Below, in pieces: positions 1 through 9,194 of a DNA stretch of 64,000 nt. The notes beneath the pieces were generated by a model. That model saw only the letters and a program-made list of their open reading frames with translations, made no database searches and was not told the origin of the DNA. This stretch comes from Candidatus Omnitrophota bacterium (lineage in GTDB: Bacteria; Omnitrophota; Gorgyraeia; Zapsychrales; Fredricksoniimonadaceae). A program made the translations under genes and the position numbers. Position 1 is the first letter of the stretch, and each line of letters opens with the position of its first letter. The stretch spans positions 127 through 64,126 of the forward strand of contig CAIOPG010000008.1 of the NCBI GenBank assembly GCA_903860135.1, in the 5' to 3' direction.

Positions 1-75
1 GAAAATTTCCAAATCTATTACAAATATATACTATTAATTATAGGCGTGCCATTTTTTCTTGATTTTAGAAAAGAA

Positions 76-339
76 TTACGCTTGGTCTTTACGGCAGACA
101 GAAATACGCAGATGATCATACAGAAATTCAGGCGCGATATCCACGCCATTATCCCATACGACCGTTCGCATCAGAGGATCAACTTTTGCCGTCTTGAACA
201 ATAATACATCCTTCAGCGGACCGAAGACCTCGCCTTCAAGTTCATCGGCAAGATCAATTTCACCTGAAGCCCCGTCATTAAAGGCGACATACAATATATA
301 GTCATGAAGGTATTGCACACTACTTACATGAAGGATCAT
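76..339 (-). CDS. DUF2442-family small protein; partner of the upstream DUF4160 protein
   Basis: 87-aa ORF directly downstream of, and co-oriented with, the DUF4160-like ORF. The sequence matches the DUF2442 family as I recall it. Sits in an AT-rich local context. Confidence 0.55.
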   Translation of the reverse strand: MILHVSSVQYLHDYILYVAFNDGASGEIDLADELEGEVFGPLKDVLLFKTAKVDPLMRTVVWDNGVDIAPEFLYDHLRISVCRKDQA

Positions 340-343
340 ACAT

Positions 344-601
344 TTATTCCAATGGCTTAATTGGGAAAAGCTGTTTCTTGCTAATTGCCAATTCCCATTC
401 TTTTCTTAGTTCATCCTGATGTATTTGACGCCACTCCTGAACAAGACCCAACGCACGTCTTGACATAGCTCCAGTCACTTGACCGCTTTCGATCTCGACG
501 ATGACTTCATCATCACCATAACGGGCATGAAAATGTGCCGGAGCATGCTCACGCCAGAAAATATAAATCACTATCCCATAAAACTGACTAATAATTGGCA
601 T
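344..601 (-). CDS. DUF4160-family small protein; half of a DUF4160/DUF2442 two-gene cassette
   Basis: 85-aa ORF with a 5-nt gap to the DUF2442 ORF. The pair is a widespread putative toxin-antitoxin-like module. Lower GC than the flanks. Confidence 0.55.
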   Translation of the reverse strand: MPIISQFYGIVIYIFWREHAPAHFHARYGDDEVIVEIESGQVTGAMSRRALGLVQEWRQIHQDELRKEWELAISKKQLFPIKPLE

Positions 602-683
602 ATCTTTAACCTTGAAACCATCTTAATTCTTAATGAATAATGCAATATGCTATAAGTTTAGCATAAAACATGATGGAATAAAC

Positions 684-1832
684 CTAATTCTCCTGCACAC
701 TCACCAGCTTGCCCATGTGTTCGAGTTTGGCGGCGATGAGGGGGATGATGGTTGCGCGGGGGAGGATGCCTTGTTTGCGGTAGGAGAGGTCTTTATTGGC
801 AGGATTCTTGGCACGGCCGACCATGAAATTGACACGGTCAGCGCCTTTAAGGAGGAGTGCCAGGTCGGCGGCGGCGCTTTGGTCGGAATCATGCTCAAGG
901 TCTTCGCCCAGGATATTGTAAACCTGGTTTAAGGTCACAGCACCCTCGGTGACGAGGTCGATCCCCTCGATGAAATAGCGCGGGGGTGTTGAATAAGAAA
1001 CAGGTTTTTGTTCAACCTCAAGCGTCTCCTGGGCACAGCGCGCCACGATATCAGCCGTCGTTGCCCCGCATACCACTTTAAGCCCTTCCCGACCCAGAAA
1101 ATCATGCACCAGGGCCATGTCGCGCGCACGGTCCAGGGCTGGCCCGGTCAACAGATCCACGACCTGGCCCTGGCGGCAGGAAATAACGGCCACCGTCTTG
1201 TCGTCGCCATTGACGGGGCCGTCGTGCTCCTGGGCCTGACGCAGGATGTCGCGGACCACAAACCGCAGGGGCCTGCCCCGCCCGGCCCAGCCGCGCAGGA
1301 ATTCTTCCACCCCGTCGCTCCCCCAACCCATCGGGAAAGAACGCCCGATCCCGGCCTGGGTTATGCCGTCGCTGACCAGCACAAGGCCATCGCCCGGATC
1401 CAGCTGGCCGTGATATTCATGCGCCACCCCGGCCGGGATCACCAAAGGATGCGCTTCCAACACATGAGCTTCTTTCGTCCCCAGAAATAATGGGGGCGGC
1501 ATTTCATACCCGAGGGCTGTAAGGGCGCCGTCATTTAAAATACGCGCCACAAGGAACGCCGTAAACGGCTTGGTCCCGTCACGCCACTGGTTCATGGTCG
1601 CCACGACGCTCAGGAACGCATCGCGCAAGGACATGCCTGACTGCAGGAGTGCCGCCAGGCGTGCAGTATTCATGCGCGCGGCCACATGCGCCCTGACGCC
1701 GGAACCGACCCCGTCGGCACAGATAAGCGTGGTGTGATAGATGGTGCGTTTGCACAGGAACGTATCGCCGCAGGGATTCCCCGGCTTCTTGGAAACATGC
1801 TGGAACTCGACTTCAAAATGATGATACGGCAT
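684..1832 (-). CDS. PP2C/SpoIIE-type serine phosphatase with an uncharacterised C-terminal domain; signalling partner of the sensory hydrogenase
   Basis: 382 aa. The N-terminal ~240 aa have the PP2C/SpoIIE fold signature (acidic metal-binding motifs VSDG/DGIT). Immediately downstream of the PAS-hydrogenase with a 3-nt gap, as in Hfs/HydS loci. Confidence 0.7.
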   Translation of the reverse strand: MPYHHFEVEFQHVSKKPGNPCGDTFLCKRTIYHTTLICADGVGSGVRAHVAARMNTARLAALLQSGMSLRDAFLSVVATMNQWRDGTKPFTAFLVARILNDGALTALGYEMPPPLFLGTKEAHVLEAHPLVIPAGVAHEYHGQLDPGDGLVLVSDGITQAGIGRSFPMGWGSDGVEEFLRGWAGRGRPLRFVVRDILRQAQEHDGPVNGDDKTVAVISCRQGQVVDLLTGPALDRARDMALVHDFLGREGLKVVCGATTADIVARCAQETLEVEQKPVSYSTPPRYFIEGIDLVTEGAVTLNQVYNILGEDLEHDSDQSAAADLALLLKGADRVNFMVGRAKNPANKDLSYRKQGILPRATIIPLIAAKLEHMGKLVSVQEN

Positions 1833-1834
1833 GT

Positions 1835-3568
1835 TTAAGTTTTCTTATCCTTATCCTCGGCAATATCCTTGCTGTCCACCGCTTGCATGAGTTTATTGAC
1901 GAGCTGTTCGCCCCTGGCGGTGTATTCACCGAGGAAATCGGCAAACTGGCGGGCCATTTCGATCTGGTGTTCATGCAGTTCGCGCGCCTGGGAAACCGTG
2001 TCATCTTTGACTTTTTGCAAGCGCTCGGCGTTGAGGCGGCTGTCGGTGATGTTGATGAATATCCCCACAAACTGCTTCTCGGCACGCAAGGCATACACCA
2101 GTTCCCGGGCAATGATCCCCTGGGCTTTATGGGCCCGCACATCATCGGCCATTTCGATCTCGCCGGACTTCACGCGCGAGAACGGTTCAGGATCCATCAG
2201 ATGGGACACATGCTGGCCGCAACATGATTCATTGACCCGGAACAACCGCGCAAAAGCAGGATTAAAATTCAGGATATTAAGGTCATGGTCGAGGACAATG
2301 ATCCCGTTGGGGCTGGTTTCCATGATCCGGTCCGACCGCTGTTCCGCCAGGCGGCGCATGTACGGGATGCACATCTCGGTTTCCGCCATGCCCTGAACAA
2401 CGGCCATGGCCTGGTCGCGGCAGGACGCATACCCGCACGCCCCGCAATTCAGCTGATTTTCTTCCCTGGCCTTGCCGGTTTTCTCGAGCACCGCGCGCAC
2501 CTCATCTTCGGGCACCGCGGACCCGGCATGGGGATGAGGCGCAAAAGCCGTTGCCAACTCCACCGCCCCGGCCTTCCGGGCAGTTACCCCGGGATTGCTC
2601 CGGGCATAACGGATGATCCTGGCCCGGCGGTCAACCACATTCCCGGCCTTGCCAATGCCCGCGCCGTTCACACAACCGTACGCGCACAACAGCGGTTCAA
2701 TGATGCGGGGAAAAGCACCCCGGGCCGCCTCTTCGAGAACATTCTTCAACGCCTCAAACCCGCTGATAAAAAGGAGCTTGTCATCGAGAACGCTGGTCTC
2801 AAACGCCGCGGTCGCCATCGAACCGCCTTCAACAGGAAACAGCCGACTCCGCCCGACCGGTTGTTCATCAAAAGAGCTGTCCTCGCAGGTTGCCAGATCA
2901 ATGCCCCGGAGCCTGAACCATTCGTCGAGCTCGTCGAAGGTCAAAACACAATCCACCAGGCCGGAAAACTCCGGACGATCAGCTTCCGCTTTCTTGGCCA
3001 CACACGGCCCGATAAAAACAACTTTAACCTGCGCGAACTTCGCCCGGATATGGCGCGCGTGCGCGATCATGGGCGACACTACCGGCACGAGATTCCCGAT
3101 CATGCCCGGATCATATTTCTCAATATAGGAAACAACCGCAGGGCATGCGGTACAAATATACGTTTTCGCAGGATCCTGCACACAGGCGGCGGTCTTTTCC
3201 GCCACCAGGTACGCCCCCACCGCCGTCTCGGCCACATGCGCAAACCCCAGGCGGCGCAGGGCCGCCGGGATACGGGCATACTGCCAGGGCTCGAAAATGC
3301 CGGCAAAAGACGGCGCCAGGCTGACCGCCACCAGAGGATTGTTGGCCACAAGGTCCATGGCAACCGCCAGGTCCCGACGGAAGGTCTTGGCCTCCTGGGG
3401 GCATTCCCGCACACAGGTTCCGCAATGGATACAGCGCTCCGCGTCCACAAAGGCCTGACCCTCGACGATACGGACAGCCTTGACCGGGCACACCCGCACA
3501 CAGCGGTAACAATCACGGCACCGTGCCTTGTTGGTAAAAACCACCTGCCGGGAATTGCCTTCGCCCAT
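1835..3568 (-). CDS. hydS: Putative sensory [FeFe]-hydrogenase (HydS-like, group C): 4Fe-4S ferredoxin domains + H-cluster domain + C-terminal PAS domain
   Basis: Two CxxCxxCxxxCP ferredoxin motifs. H-cluster-like motifs (FIGPCVAKK, CAYGCVNGAG). C-terminal PAS-like segment. The track start at 3646 overlaps hydA; the ATG at 3568 (MGEGNSRQVVF...) gives a 12-nt gap and is preferred. Confidence 0.8.
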   Translation of the reverse strand: MGEGNSRQVVFTNKARCRDCYRCVRVCPVKAVRIVEGQAFVDAERCIHCGTCVRECPQEAKTFRRDLAVAMDLVANNPLVAVSLAPSFAGIFEPWQYARIPAALRRLGFAHVAETAVGAYLVAEKTAACVQDPAKTYICTACPAVVSYIEKYDPGMIGNLVPVVSPMIAHARHIRAKFAQVKVVFIGPCVAKKAEADRPEFSGLVDCVLTFDELDEWFRLRGIDLATCEDSSFDEQPVGRSRLFPVEGGSMATAAFETSVLDDKLLFISGFEALKNVLEEAARGAFPRIIEPLLCAYGCVNGAGIGKAGNVVDRRARIIRYARSNPGVTARKAGAVELATAFAPHPHAGSAVPEDEVRAVLEKTGKAREENQLNCGACGYASCRDQAMAVVQGMAETEMCIPYMRRLAEQRSDRIMETSPNGIIVLDHDLNILNFNPAFARLFRVNESCCGQHVSHLMDPEPFSRVKSGEIEMADDVRAHKAQGIIARELVYALRAEKQFVGIFINITDSRLNAERLQKVKDDTVSQARELHEHQIEMARQFADFLGEYTARGEQLVNKLMQAVDSKDIAEDKDKKT

Positions 3569-3579
3569 AAGCCGTCTTC

Positions 3580-5604
3580 CTATCCTTTGGCCTGCCGCGC
3601 AGCCAGGGCCTTGTCCACCGCCTGCACCGCCTTGGCCACGTCGCAATGGGTGATGGTGAGATCCCCCACTTTCACGGTCGGACCCTTATTGCATTTCTCA
3701 AAACAGAACGTCGCCTTGACCTGGACAATATCCTGCAGATTCTTCTCATGGATATACCGCGTCATGTGATGCAGGATGTCCTGTGCCCCTTTAAGGTAAC
3801 AGCTTGTCCCCACACACACCCGGATCTCGAGCTTGTCATGTTGTTTCCCGTCGACAATGATCATGGATTTCCCGCGCATGCGGCGGCGGGCATTGTAATG
3901 GGTGTGCAAGGCATGATGCGCCTTCTCACTGCCCGGGCTCCCGAGTTTCGATGCGTACAATTCCTTGACGTAGGGATTATCCTGCGACTTGTGCAGCTGC
4001 AGCATCTTGTCGGCTTCATACAGGCCCTTGGTGCGCTTGGCCTTGTACCCCGGCGTCAGATTGACCGGCTGACCGGCCCCATTAATACACCCGGCCGGAC
4101 AGGACATGAATTCAATGAAATGATACTGGATCTTCCCGGCCTTGAGCTTTTCGAGGAAAGCGCGCGCATTGGCCAAAGAATGCACCACCGCCAGGCGGAA
4201 GGTCTTGCCGGCTAAGGTCACTTCAGCCTCACGGATACCGGCCTCGCCGCGCACCGCGTGAAAATCCGGGTTCTCAAGCGTTTTGCCCTCGACTTTTTCA
4301 TACACATACCGCAACGCCGCCTCCATCACACCGCCGGTATTACCGAAAATGACACCGGCACCCGTCTTGAACCCCAGCGGCATATCCAGCGAGCCCGGCT
4401 GAAGGTCACGGAACTGAATGCCGAACTGATTGATCATCTGCACCAGCTCCTGGGTCGTGATCACATGATCAACCTCGGGCATGCCGTCGTGCGTGAATTC
4501 CGGGCGTTTGGCCTCGAATTTCTTGGCTGTGCACGGCATGATCGACACAACAACCATATTTTCGGGCGCGATCCCGAGCTCCGCCGCAAACAGCGACTTG
4601 GCCACAGAACCAAACATCTGCTGGGGCGATTTGCAGCTGGAAAGATTGGGGATCATTTCAGGATAATGCTGTTCCACAAACTTGACCCACGCCGGACAGC
4701 AAGACGTGAACATCGGCAGGATCCCGTTATTGGTCACACGGTTGATGAATTCATTGCCTTCTTCGAGGATCGTGAGGTCGGCGCTGAAACACGTATCGAA
4801 TACTTTCTTGAAACCCATGATCTTGAGCGCGGCCACGATCTGACCGGTCGTCAATTCACCCGGCTGATACCCGAACGCTTCCCCCAGCGCCACACGCACC
4901 GCCGGCGCGATCTGCGCGATCACAACCTTCTTTGTGTCATTCACGGATTTCCATACCGCTTCGACCTCCGAGCGCGGCGTCAAGGCTCCCGTCGGGCACA
5001 CGCGCGCGCACTGGCCGCACAACACACACGCAACACTTTCAAGGTCTTTCCCGAAAGCGGGCTGGACCACCACGTCATGGCCGCGATGCGCAAAATCAAT
5101 GGCACCGATACCCTGCACTTCCGCGCACATGCGCACGCAGTCGCCGCAAAGGATGCACTTGTTGGGATTGCGCACGATCGACGTCGAACTTGTGTCAATA
5201 GGATGTGGTTTCTGCACAGAACGGAAACGCACCTTGTCTACCCCCAGCCGCTTGGAAATATCCTGCAGTTTGCAATTGGTGCTTTTCACGCACGTCGTGC
5301 ATTCGCGGTCATGATTGGCCAGGATAAGCTCCAGCGCGATCTTGCGGATCTGACGCACTTCGGCGGTATTGGTTTTAACCTTCATCCCCGCTTCGGGAGG
5401 TGTCGAACACGACGTCAAAAGGCCGCGCCCCTCGATCTCAACGGTACACATCCGGCAGGCGCCGTACACACTCAGCTCCGACACATAGCAGAACGTCGGG
5501 ATATCGATATGGGCCTTGCGAATAACCTCAAGGAGGTTCTTCTCCCCCTCTATCGGCACTTCACGCCCGTCAATGTTGACATACTTAACAGCATCCATGG
5601 TCAA
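3580..5604 (-). CDS. hydA: [FeFe]-hydrogenase catalytic subunit HydA of a trimeric bifurcating-type enzyme, with a C-terminal thioredoxin-like [2Fe-2S] domain
   Basis: 674 aa. Has an N-terminal 2Fe-2S NuoG-like fold, 4Fe-4S motifs, the H-cluster signatures TSCCPAW / MPCTAKKFE / MSCPAGCINGAGQP, and a C-terminal CxxxxC...CxxxC NuoE-like domain, as in Thermotoga-type HydA. Confidence 0.9.
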   Translation of the reverse strand: MTMDAVKYVNIDGREVPIEGEKNLLEVIRKAHIDIPTFCYVSELSVYGACRMCTVEIEGRGLLTSCSTPPEAGMKVKTNTAEVRQIRKIALELILANHDRECTTCVKSTNCKLQDISKRLGVDKVRFRSVQKPHPIDTSSTSIVRNPNKCILCGDCVRMCAEVQGIGAIDFAHRGHDVVVQPAFGKDLESVACVLCGQCARVCPTGALTPRSEVEAVWKSVNDTKKVVIAQIAPAVRVALGEAFGYQPGELTTGQIVAALKIMGFKKVFDTCFSADLTILEEGNEFINRVTNNGILPMFTSCCPAWVKFVEQHYPEMIPNLSSCKSPQQMFGSVAKSLFAAELGIAPENMVVVSIMPCTAKKFEAKRPEFTHDGMPEVDHVITTQELVQMINQFGIQFRDLQPGSLDMPLGFKTGAGVIFGNTGGVMEAALRYVYEKVEGKTLENPDFHAVRGEAGIREAEVTLAGKTFRLAVVHSLANARAFLEKLKAGKIQYHFIEFMSCPAGCINGAGQPVNLTPGYKAKRTKGLYEADKMLQLHKSQDNPYVKELYASKLGSPGSEKAHHALHTHYNARRRMRGKSMIIVDGKQHDKLEIRVCVGTSCYLKGAQDILHHMTRYIHEKNLQDIVQVKATFCFEKCNKGPTVKVGDLTITHCDVAKAVQAVDKALAARQAKG

Positions 5605-7502
5605 ACCCCCGTGATAGCATCAAATTTACATGTGGCCGCGCAAACCCCGCAACGGATACAAATATCCGCGTTGAGGACATGCGGCTTCTTGACTTCACCT
5701 TTAATCGCGCCCACCGGGCACTTTTTCACGCACGCCGTACACCCCTTGCACTTGTCGGGATGGATCTCGGGCCTGGCCAGCTTCTTGCACTCACCCGTCG
5801 GGCAACGCTTGTCAACGACGTGAGCCAAATACTCATCATAAAAATACTTGAGCGTCGACAGGACCGGATTGGGCGCCGTCTTTCCAAGGCCGCACAAGGA
5901 CCCCTTCTGGACAACGATTGCCAATTCTTTAAGAAGGTCGAGCGTTTCCATCGTTGCCCGGCCTTCGGTGATATCTTCCAGAAGATACAGCATCTGCTTG
6001 GTGCCCTCGCGGCACAGGACACATTTGCCGCAAGATTCTTTCTGCGTGAACTGCATGAAATATTTCGCGATATTGACCATGCACGTCGATTTGTTCATGC
6101 ACACCAGCCCGCCTGAACCCACCATGGCGCCGATACTGCGCAGGGAATCAAAATCAAGCATCAGGTCAAAATGTTCGCGCGTCAGGCATCCGCCCGACGG
6201 ACCGCCGATCTGCACCGCCTTAAAACCCTCAGGATCGATCCGCCCCTTCTTGTCGGTCACACCGCCGCCCACCTGAAAAATGATCTCCTTCAGCGTAACG
6301 CCAAAAGGAACCTCAATGAGCCCCGTATTGGCCACATGGCCGGACAAAGCGAATGTCTTGGTACCCGGAGATGTCGGTGTTCCCAGCGCCCGGAACGCGG
6401 CAACTCCGATATTCATGATCAAAGGAACTGTGGCCAAGGTCTCAACATTATTGATGACCGTGGGTTTGCCCCACAGGCCGCTCTGTGCCGGGAACGGCGG
6501 CTTGGGCTTGGGCATCCCGCGATCGCCTTCGATGGACGCCATGAGCGCGGTCTCTTCGCCGCACACAAAAGCACCCGCGCCTTCCATAACATTCACGTTG
6601 AACTTCATGCCGGTGCCAAAAACATTATCACCGAGGATCCCTGCCGCCCGGGCATCGTCGCACGCCTGACGGACACGCTTGACCGCCAGCGGATATTCCG
6701 CCCGCACATACACATACCCTTCATCGGCACCGATGGCGCGCGCCGCGATCATCATCCCCTCGATCACCGCGTGCGGATTGCCTTCCATCACCGAGCGGTC
6801 CATGAACGCCCCCGGATCCCCTTCGTCACCGTTACAAATAATATATTTCTTGTCATTCTTCTGCACACGGCACACATCCCATTTCTTGCCCGTCGGGAAA
6901 CCACCGCCGCCACGCCCGCGCAGGCCGGAATCGATCAAATCCTTGCAAATAGCTTCGGGCGTCATCTCCATATAGGCTTTCTTGGCCGCCGCATACCCGC
7001 CGATAGCTTGATATTCCTGAATATCTTCAGGATTCAGCTCGCCGCACTGCTTGAGGACAAAGCGCGACTGGCGCTGGTAGAAAGGGATCTCTTTCTGCGA
7101 CCGGCAATGCTGTCCTGACACAGGATCAACATACAAAAGGCTGTCGATAACCTCACCGTTCATCAAGGTTTTTTCGACAACACTTTTCACATCCGCAGGT
7201 GTAACCCGATTATAAAGGATATCATCGGGCATGATCTTGACCAAAGGCCCCATCTGGCAAAACCCCTGACAGCCGCTCTTGGAAATATACACCGTGCCGC
7301 CCTTGTCCGTACTGGAAGAAGCCCCTTCAAATGTCGTAACCACTTTAAGCCCAAGGGCATTGACCTCAGCCGCAAAAGCCTTATATACCTCCATCGCCCC
7401 ATTGGCCACACAGCCGGTTCCGGTACAAATGATGATCTTTTTCTTCAAGCCGCCCTTGCCCTCGATGATCAATGCGGCGGAACCCTCCTTAAACTGACAC
7501 AT
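5601..7502 (-). CDS. hydB: NuoF-like flavoprotein subunit HydB (NADH-binding, FMN, Fe-S) of the bifurcating hydrogenase
   Basis: 633 aa. Has an N-terminal thioredoxin-like domain, the NuoF 51-kDa core (GLRGRGGGGFPTGKKW, SLCGLG) and C-terminal 2x[4Fe-4S] motifs. Overlaps hydA by 4 nt. Confidence 0.9.
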   Translation of the reverse strand: MCQFKEGSAALIIEGKGGLKKKIIICTGTGCVANGAMEVYKAFAAEVNALGLKVVTTFEGASSSTDKGGTVYISKSGCQGFCQMGPLVKIMPDDILYNRVTPADVKSVVEKTLMNGEVIDSLLYVDPVSGQHCRSQKEIPFYQRQSRFVLKQCGELNPEDIQEYQAIGGYAAAKKAYMEMTPEAICKDLIDSGLRGRGGGGFPTGKKWDVCRVQKNDKKYIICNGDEGDPGAFMDRSVMEGNPHAVIEGMMIAARAIGADEGYVYVRAEYPLAVKRVRQACDDARAAGILGDNVFGTGMKFNVNVMEGAGAFVCGEETALMASIEGDRGMPKPKPPFPAQSGLWGKPTVINNVETLATVPLIMNIGVAAFRALGTPTSPGTKTFALSGHVANTGLIEVPFGVTLKEIIFQVGGGVTDKKGRIDPEGFKAVQIGGPSGGCLTREHFDLMLDFDSLRSIGAMVGSGGLVCMNKSTCMVNIAKYFMQFTQKESCGKCVLCREGTKQMLYLLEDITEGRATMETLDLLKELAIVVQKGSLCGLGKTAPNPVLSTLKYFYDEYLAHVVDKRCPTGECKKLARPEIHPDKCKGCTACVKKCPVGAIKGEVKKPHVLNADICIRCGVCAATCKFDAITGV

Positions 7503-8010
7503 GCGTGCTCTCCTCTTTCTTTTTGATATCTTCCAGAAGCTTTAAGGCTTTTACAGAAGTCATTTGCCCGTACACCGTTTCATTGACCACGATGACCGGA
7601 GCCAAACCGCAGGCGCCCAGGCATGACACGGTCTCGACCGTAAACAGCATGTCCGGCGTGGTCACATCCGTGCCGGTCAAACCGAGTTTCTGGCGCAGGG
7701 CATCGAGCAAATTTTCCGAACCTTTCACATGGCAAGCTGTCCCGTCGCACAGGCGCACCACATATTTCCCCTTGGGCACCAGCGCAAAATGCGCGTAAAA
7801 AGACGCCACCCCGTACACCTTGGCCGGCGACAAGCTCAGGGTCGTCGCCACAAAGGTCATGACTTCCTCGGGAAGATAGCGATATTCATCCTGGACTTCC
7901 TGCAAGATGGGGATCAGTTTGGCCGGATCAGCACCATGCCGTTCGACAATGGCGCAAACCTTTTCAAATTTTCGATACATCACTGTTGGCATTGTTCTCT
8001 CCTTGATCAC
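7489..8010 (-). CDS. hydC: NuoE-like [2Fe-2S] subunit HydC of the bifurcating hydrogenase
   Basis: 173-aa track ORF. NuoE 24-kDa signature (CDGTACHVKG...CLGACGLAPV). The true start is probably a downstream Met near 7980-7992, to limit overlap with rex. Confidence 0.85.
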   Translation of the reverse strand: MIKERTMPTVMYRKFEKVCAIVERHGADPAKLIPILQEVQDEYRYLPEEVMTFVATTLSLSPAKVYGVASFYAHFALVPKGKYVVRLCDGTACHVKGSENLLDALRQKLGLTGTDVTTPDMLFTVETVSCLGACGLAPVIVVNETVYGQMTSVKALKLLEDIKKKEESTHVSV

Positions 8011-8674
8011 GGTTACGTTTAAGATTATTCGTTAACACGGCCAGGCTTTGGGTCAGGCGTGCATTTTCCAGGATAACATCCGCCGGGATGCGCAACGGCG
8101 CCGGCGCAAAATTCCAGATCGCCTTTATCCCGGCATTGACCATCAAATCAACAGCAGACTGCGCATGCTCCGCCGGAACGCTCACGATCCCGATATGGAC
8201 ATGCATCCGCTTTGATAAATTGGCCAACCTATTAAGCGGAAGGACTTCTTTACCAAAAATACGTGTGCCGACCTTACGGGGATCATTATCAAAAGCCGCC
8301 ACAATATTAAGGCCGTACTTTTCAAAATCACGATATCCTAATAGTGCCTTACCAAGATTGCCCGCGCCCACAAGGAACGCATCATGCGCATTGTTCCATC
8401 CCAGAAACTCCTTTATACTGTCCACAAGGCCCGCCACCCGAAAACCGATGCGCGCCGTCCCCACCTCACCAGTAACCTCAAGATCCTTGCGTACCTGTGT
8501 CGGATCAAAATCAAATTCTTTGGCGATCTGCGTGCAGGAAACATATTCAGCACCCTCGGCCATCACTTTTTCCAGAAGATGCAAGTACAGCGGAAGCCTT
8601 TTGAGTGTCGAACGCGAGACCACCAAAGGTTTTTTCTTGAATATCATCCGGAATTCCTCCTGCCGGCACCCCAT
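7964..8674 (-). CDS. rex: Redox-sensing transcriptional repressor Rex
   Basis: Has an N-terminal winged-helix region (LKRLPLYLHLLE) and a C-terminal Rossmann NADH-binding fold (FLVGAGNLGKALL). It is the first gene of the hydrogenase operon, as is typical. The start may be the ATG at 8647. Confidence 0.85.
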   Translation of the reverse strand: MGCRQEEFRMIFKKKPLVVSRSTLKRLPLYLHLLEKVMAEGAEYVSCTQIAKEFDFDPTQVRKDLEVTGEVGTARIGFRVAGLVDSIKEFLGWNNAHDAFLVGAGNLGKALLGYRDFEKYGLNIVAAFDNDPRKVGTRIFGKEVLPLNRLANLSKRMHVHIGIVSVPAEHAQSAVDLMVNAGIKAIWNFAPAPLRIPADVILENARLTQSLAVLTNNLKRNRDQGENNANSDVSKI

Positions 8675-8692
8675 CGCCCGCGCCCTTTAATA

Positions 8693-8774
8693 GAGAAAAT
8701 TTTATCGATAAAACTTTGTTCAAATATAGCACGGGAAAAAGTCATGTCAAGAAAATTTTCTCGATTAAAACTTG
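8693..8774. promoter_or_regulatory. Two related palindromic operator-like sites flanking the rex promoter: GAAAATTTTATCGATAAAACTTTG at 8693-8718 and GAAAATTTTCTCGATTAAAACTTG at 8751-8774
   Basis: Direct repeat of a ~24-nt unit, each with a palindromic core. TTTTATCGATAAAA is a perfect 14-bp palindrome. One site overlaps the predicted TSS and the other abuts the -35. A related palindrome occurs upstream of the second hydrogenase operon. Confidence 0.3.
8723..8750 (-). promoter_or_regulatory. Sigma70-like promoter of the rex-hydCBA-hydS operon (TTGACA-N16-TATATT on the minus strand)
   Basis: rc of 8745-8750 is TTGACA and rc of 8723-8728 is TATATT, with a 16-nt spacer. It lies ~50-80 nt upstream of the rex start codons. 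Confidence 0.35.
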
Positions 8775-8816
8775 CGATTTAAGTGAAACTTGTAAATATG
8801 GATACCAAGATTAAAA

Positions 8817-8861
8817 CCCTCCTCCACGAGCGAAGCGAGTGTGGGGAGGGACGGGGAGGGG
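8817..8861. repeat. GC-rich hairpin element CCCTCCTCCACGAGCGAAGCGAGTGTGGGGAGGG(ACGGGGAGGGGG); one of three related copies in the window
   Basis: Inverted repeat CCCTCC..CAC / GTG..GGAGGG. Related copies occur at 19243-19269 and 26396-26422. Confidence 0.35.
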
Positions 8862-8937
8862 GCATTAAGTCATGCAGAAAAGAAGGAAATCTTTAACCGT
8901 TACGCTAAGAACAGATTCGCATCGCCTCGTCGACATC

Positions 8938-9171
8938 TCAGGCAACATCGTCTGCCGGCAGATCCGGAAGCTTCGCCCTGATACTGTCCAGTACCCTAAA
9001 GCGCTCCTCCCTCGAATCCGCCAGCCGGGCATAATCCTGAGCATTAAGGATAACCACCATCGGAATACCTGATTTCTCGACAACAAACCGGGCACCATCC
9101 TTATACGACCGCCGCATGATTTCCCCAAAATGCGTCCTAGCCTCGACCGCAGAAATAGTGTCCACTGTCAT
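8938..9171 (-). CDS. Phd/YefM-family type II antitoxin (apparently orphan)
   Basis: 77 aa with a typical Phd/YefM N-terminus (ISAVEARTHFGEIMRR...PMVVIL). Only a 23-codon remnant ORF follows it where a toxin gene would be expected. Confidence 0.65.
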   Translation of the reverse strand: MTVDTISAVEARTHFGEIMRRSYKDGARFVVEKSGIPMVVILNAQDYARLADSREERFRVLDSIRAKLPDLPADDVA

Positions 9172-9194
9172 ATCATTCCTCTGATTACCCCTGC

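Noticed and set aside
3580-3646. 67-nt overlap between hydA and the track's hydS start
   Set aside because: An in-frame ATG at 3568 gives a 12-nt intergenic gap, and the N-terminal 26 residues (Gly/Arg-rich) look non-coding. hydS was trimmed to 3568.
2285-3769. Long plus-strand ORF (494 aa) and similar ones at 4258-5823, 15182-16363, 20120-21241, 21472-23007, 27833-29332, 34642-36150 and 46088-47485
   Set aside because: All lie antisense to well-supported minus-strand genes with strong family signatures. Their translations are Arg/Pro/Gly/His-rich low-complexity sequence, typical of GC-rich antisense frames. They have no motifs.
8675-8800. Canonical Rex operator (TTGTGAA-N4-TTCACAA) upstream of rex and hndA
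   Set aside because: No convincing match was found. The nearest is only a GTGA-N5-TCAC at 23983-23995. A different palindromic motif is reported instead.
8865-9128. 87-aa minus-strand ORF overlapping the Phd antitoxin in another frame
   Set aside because: It is out of frame with a well-supported antitoxin. Only its last 23 codons, after the antitoxin stop, are plausibly a toxin remnant.
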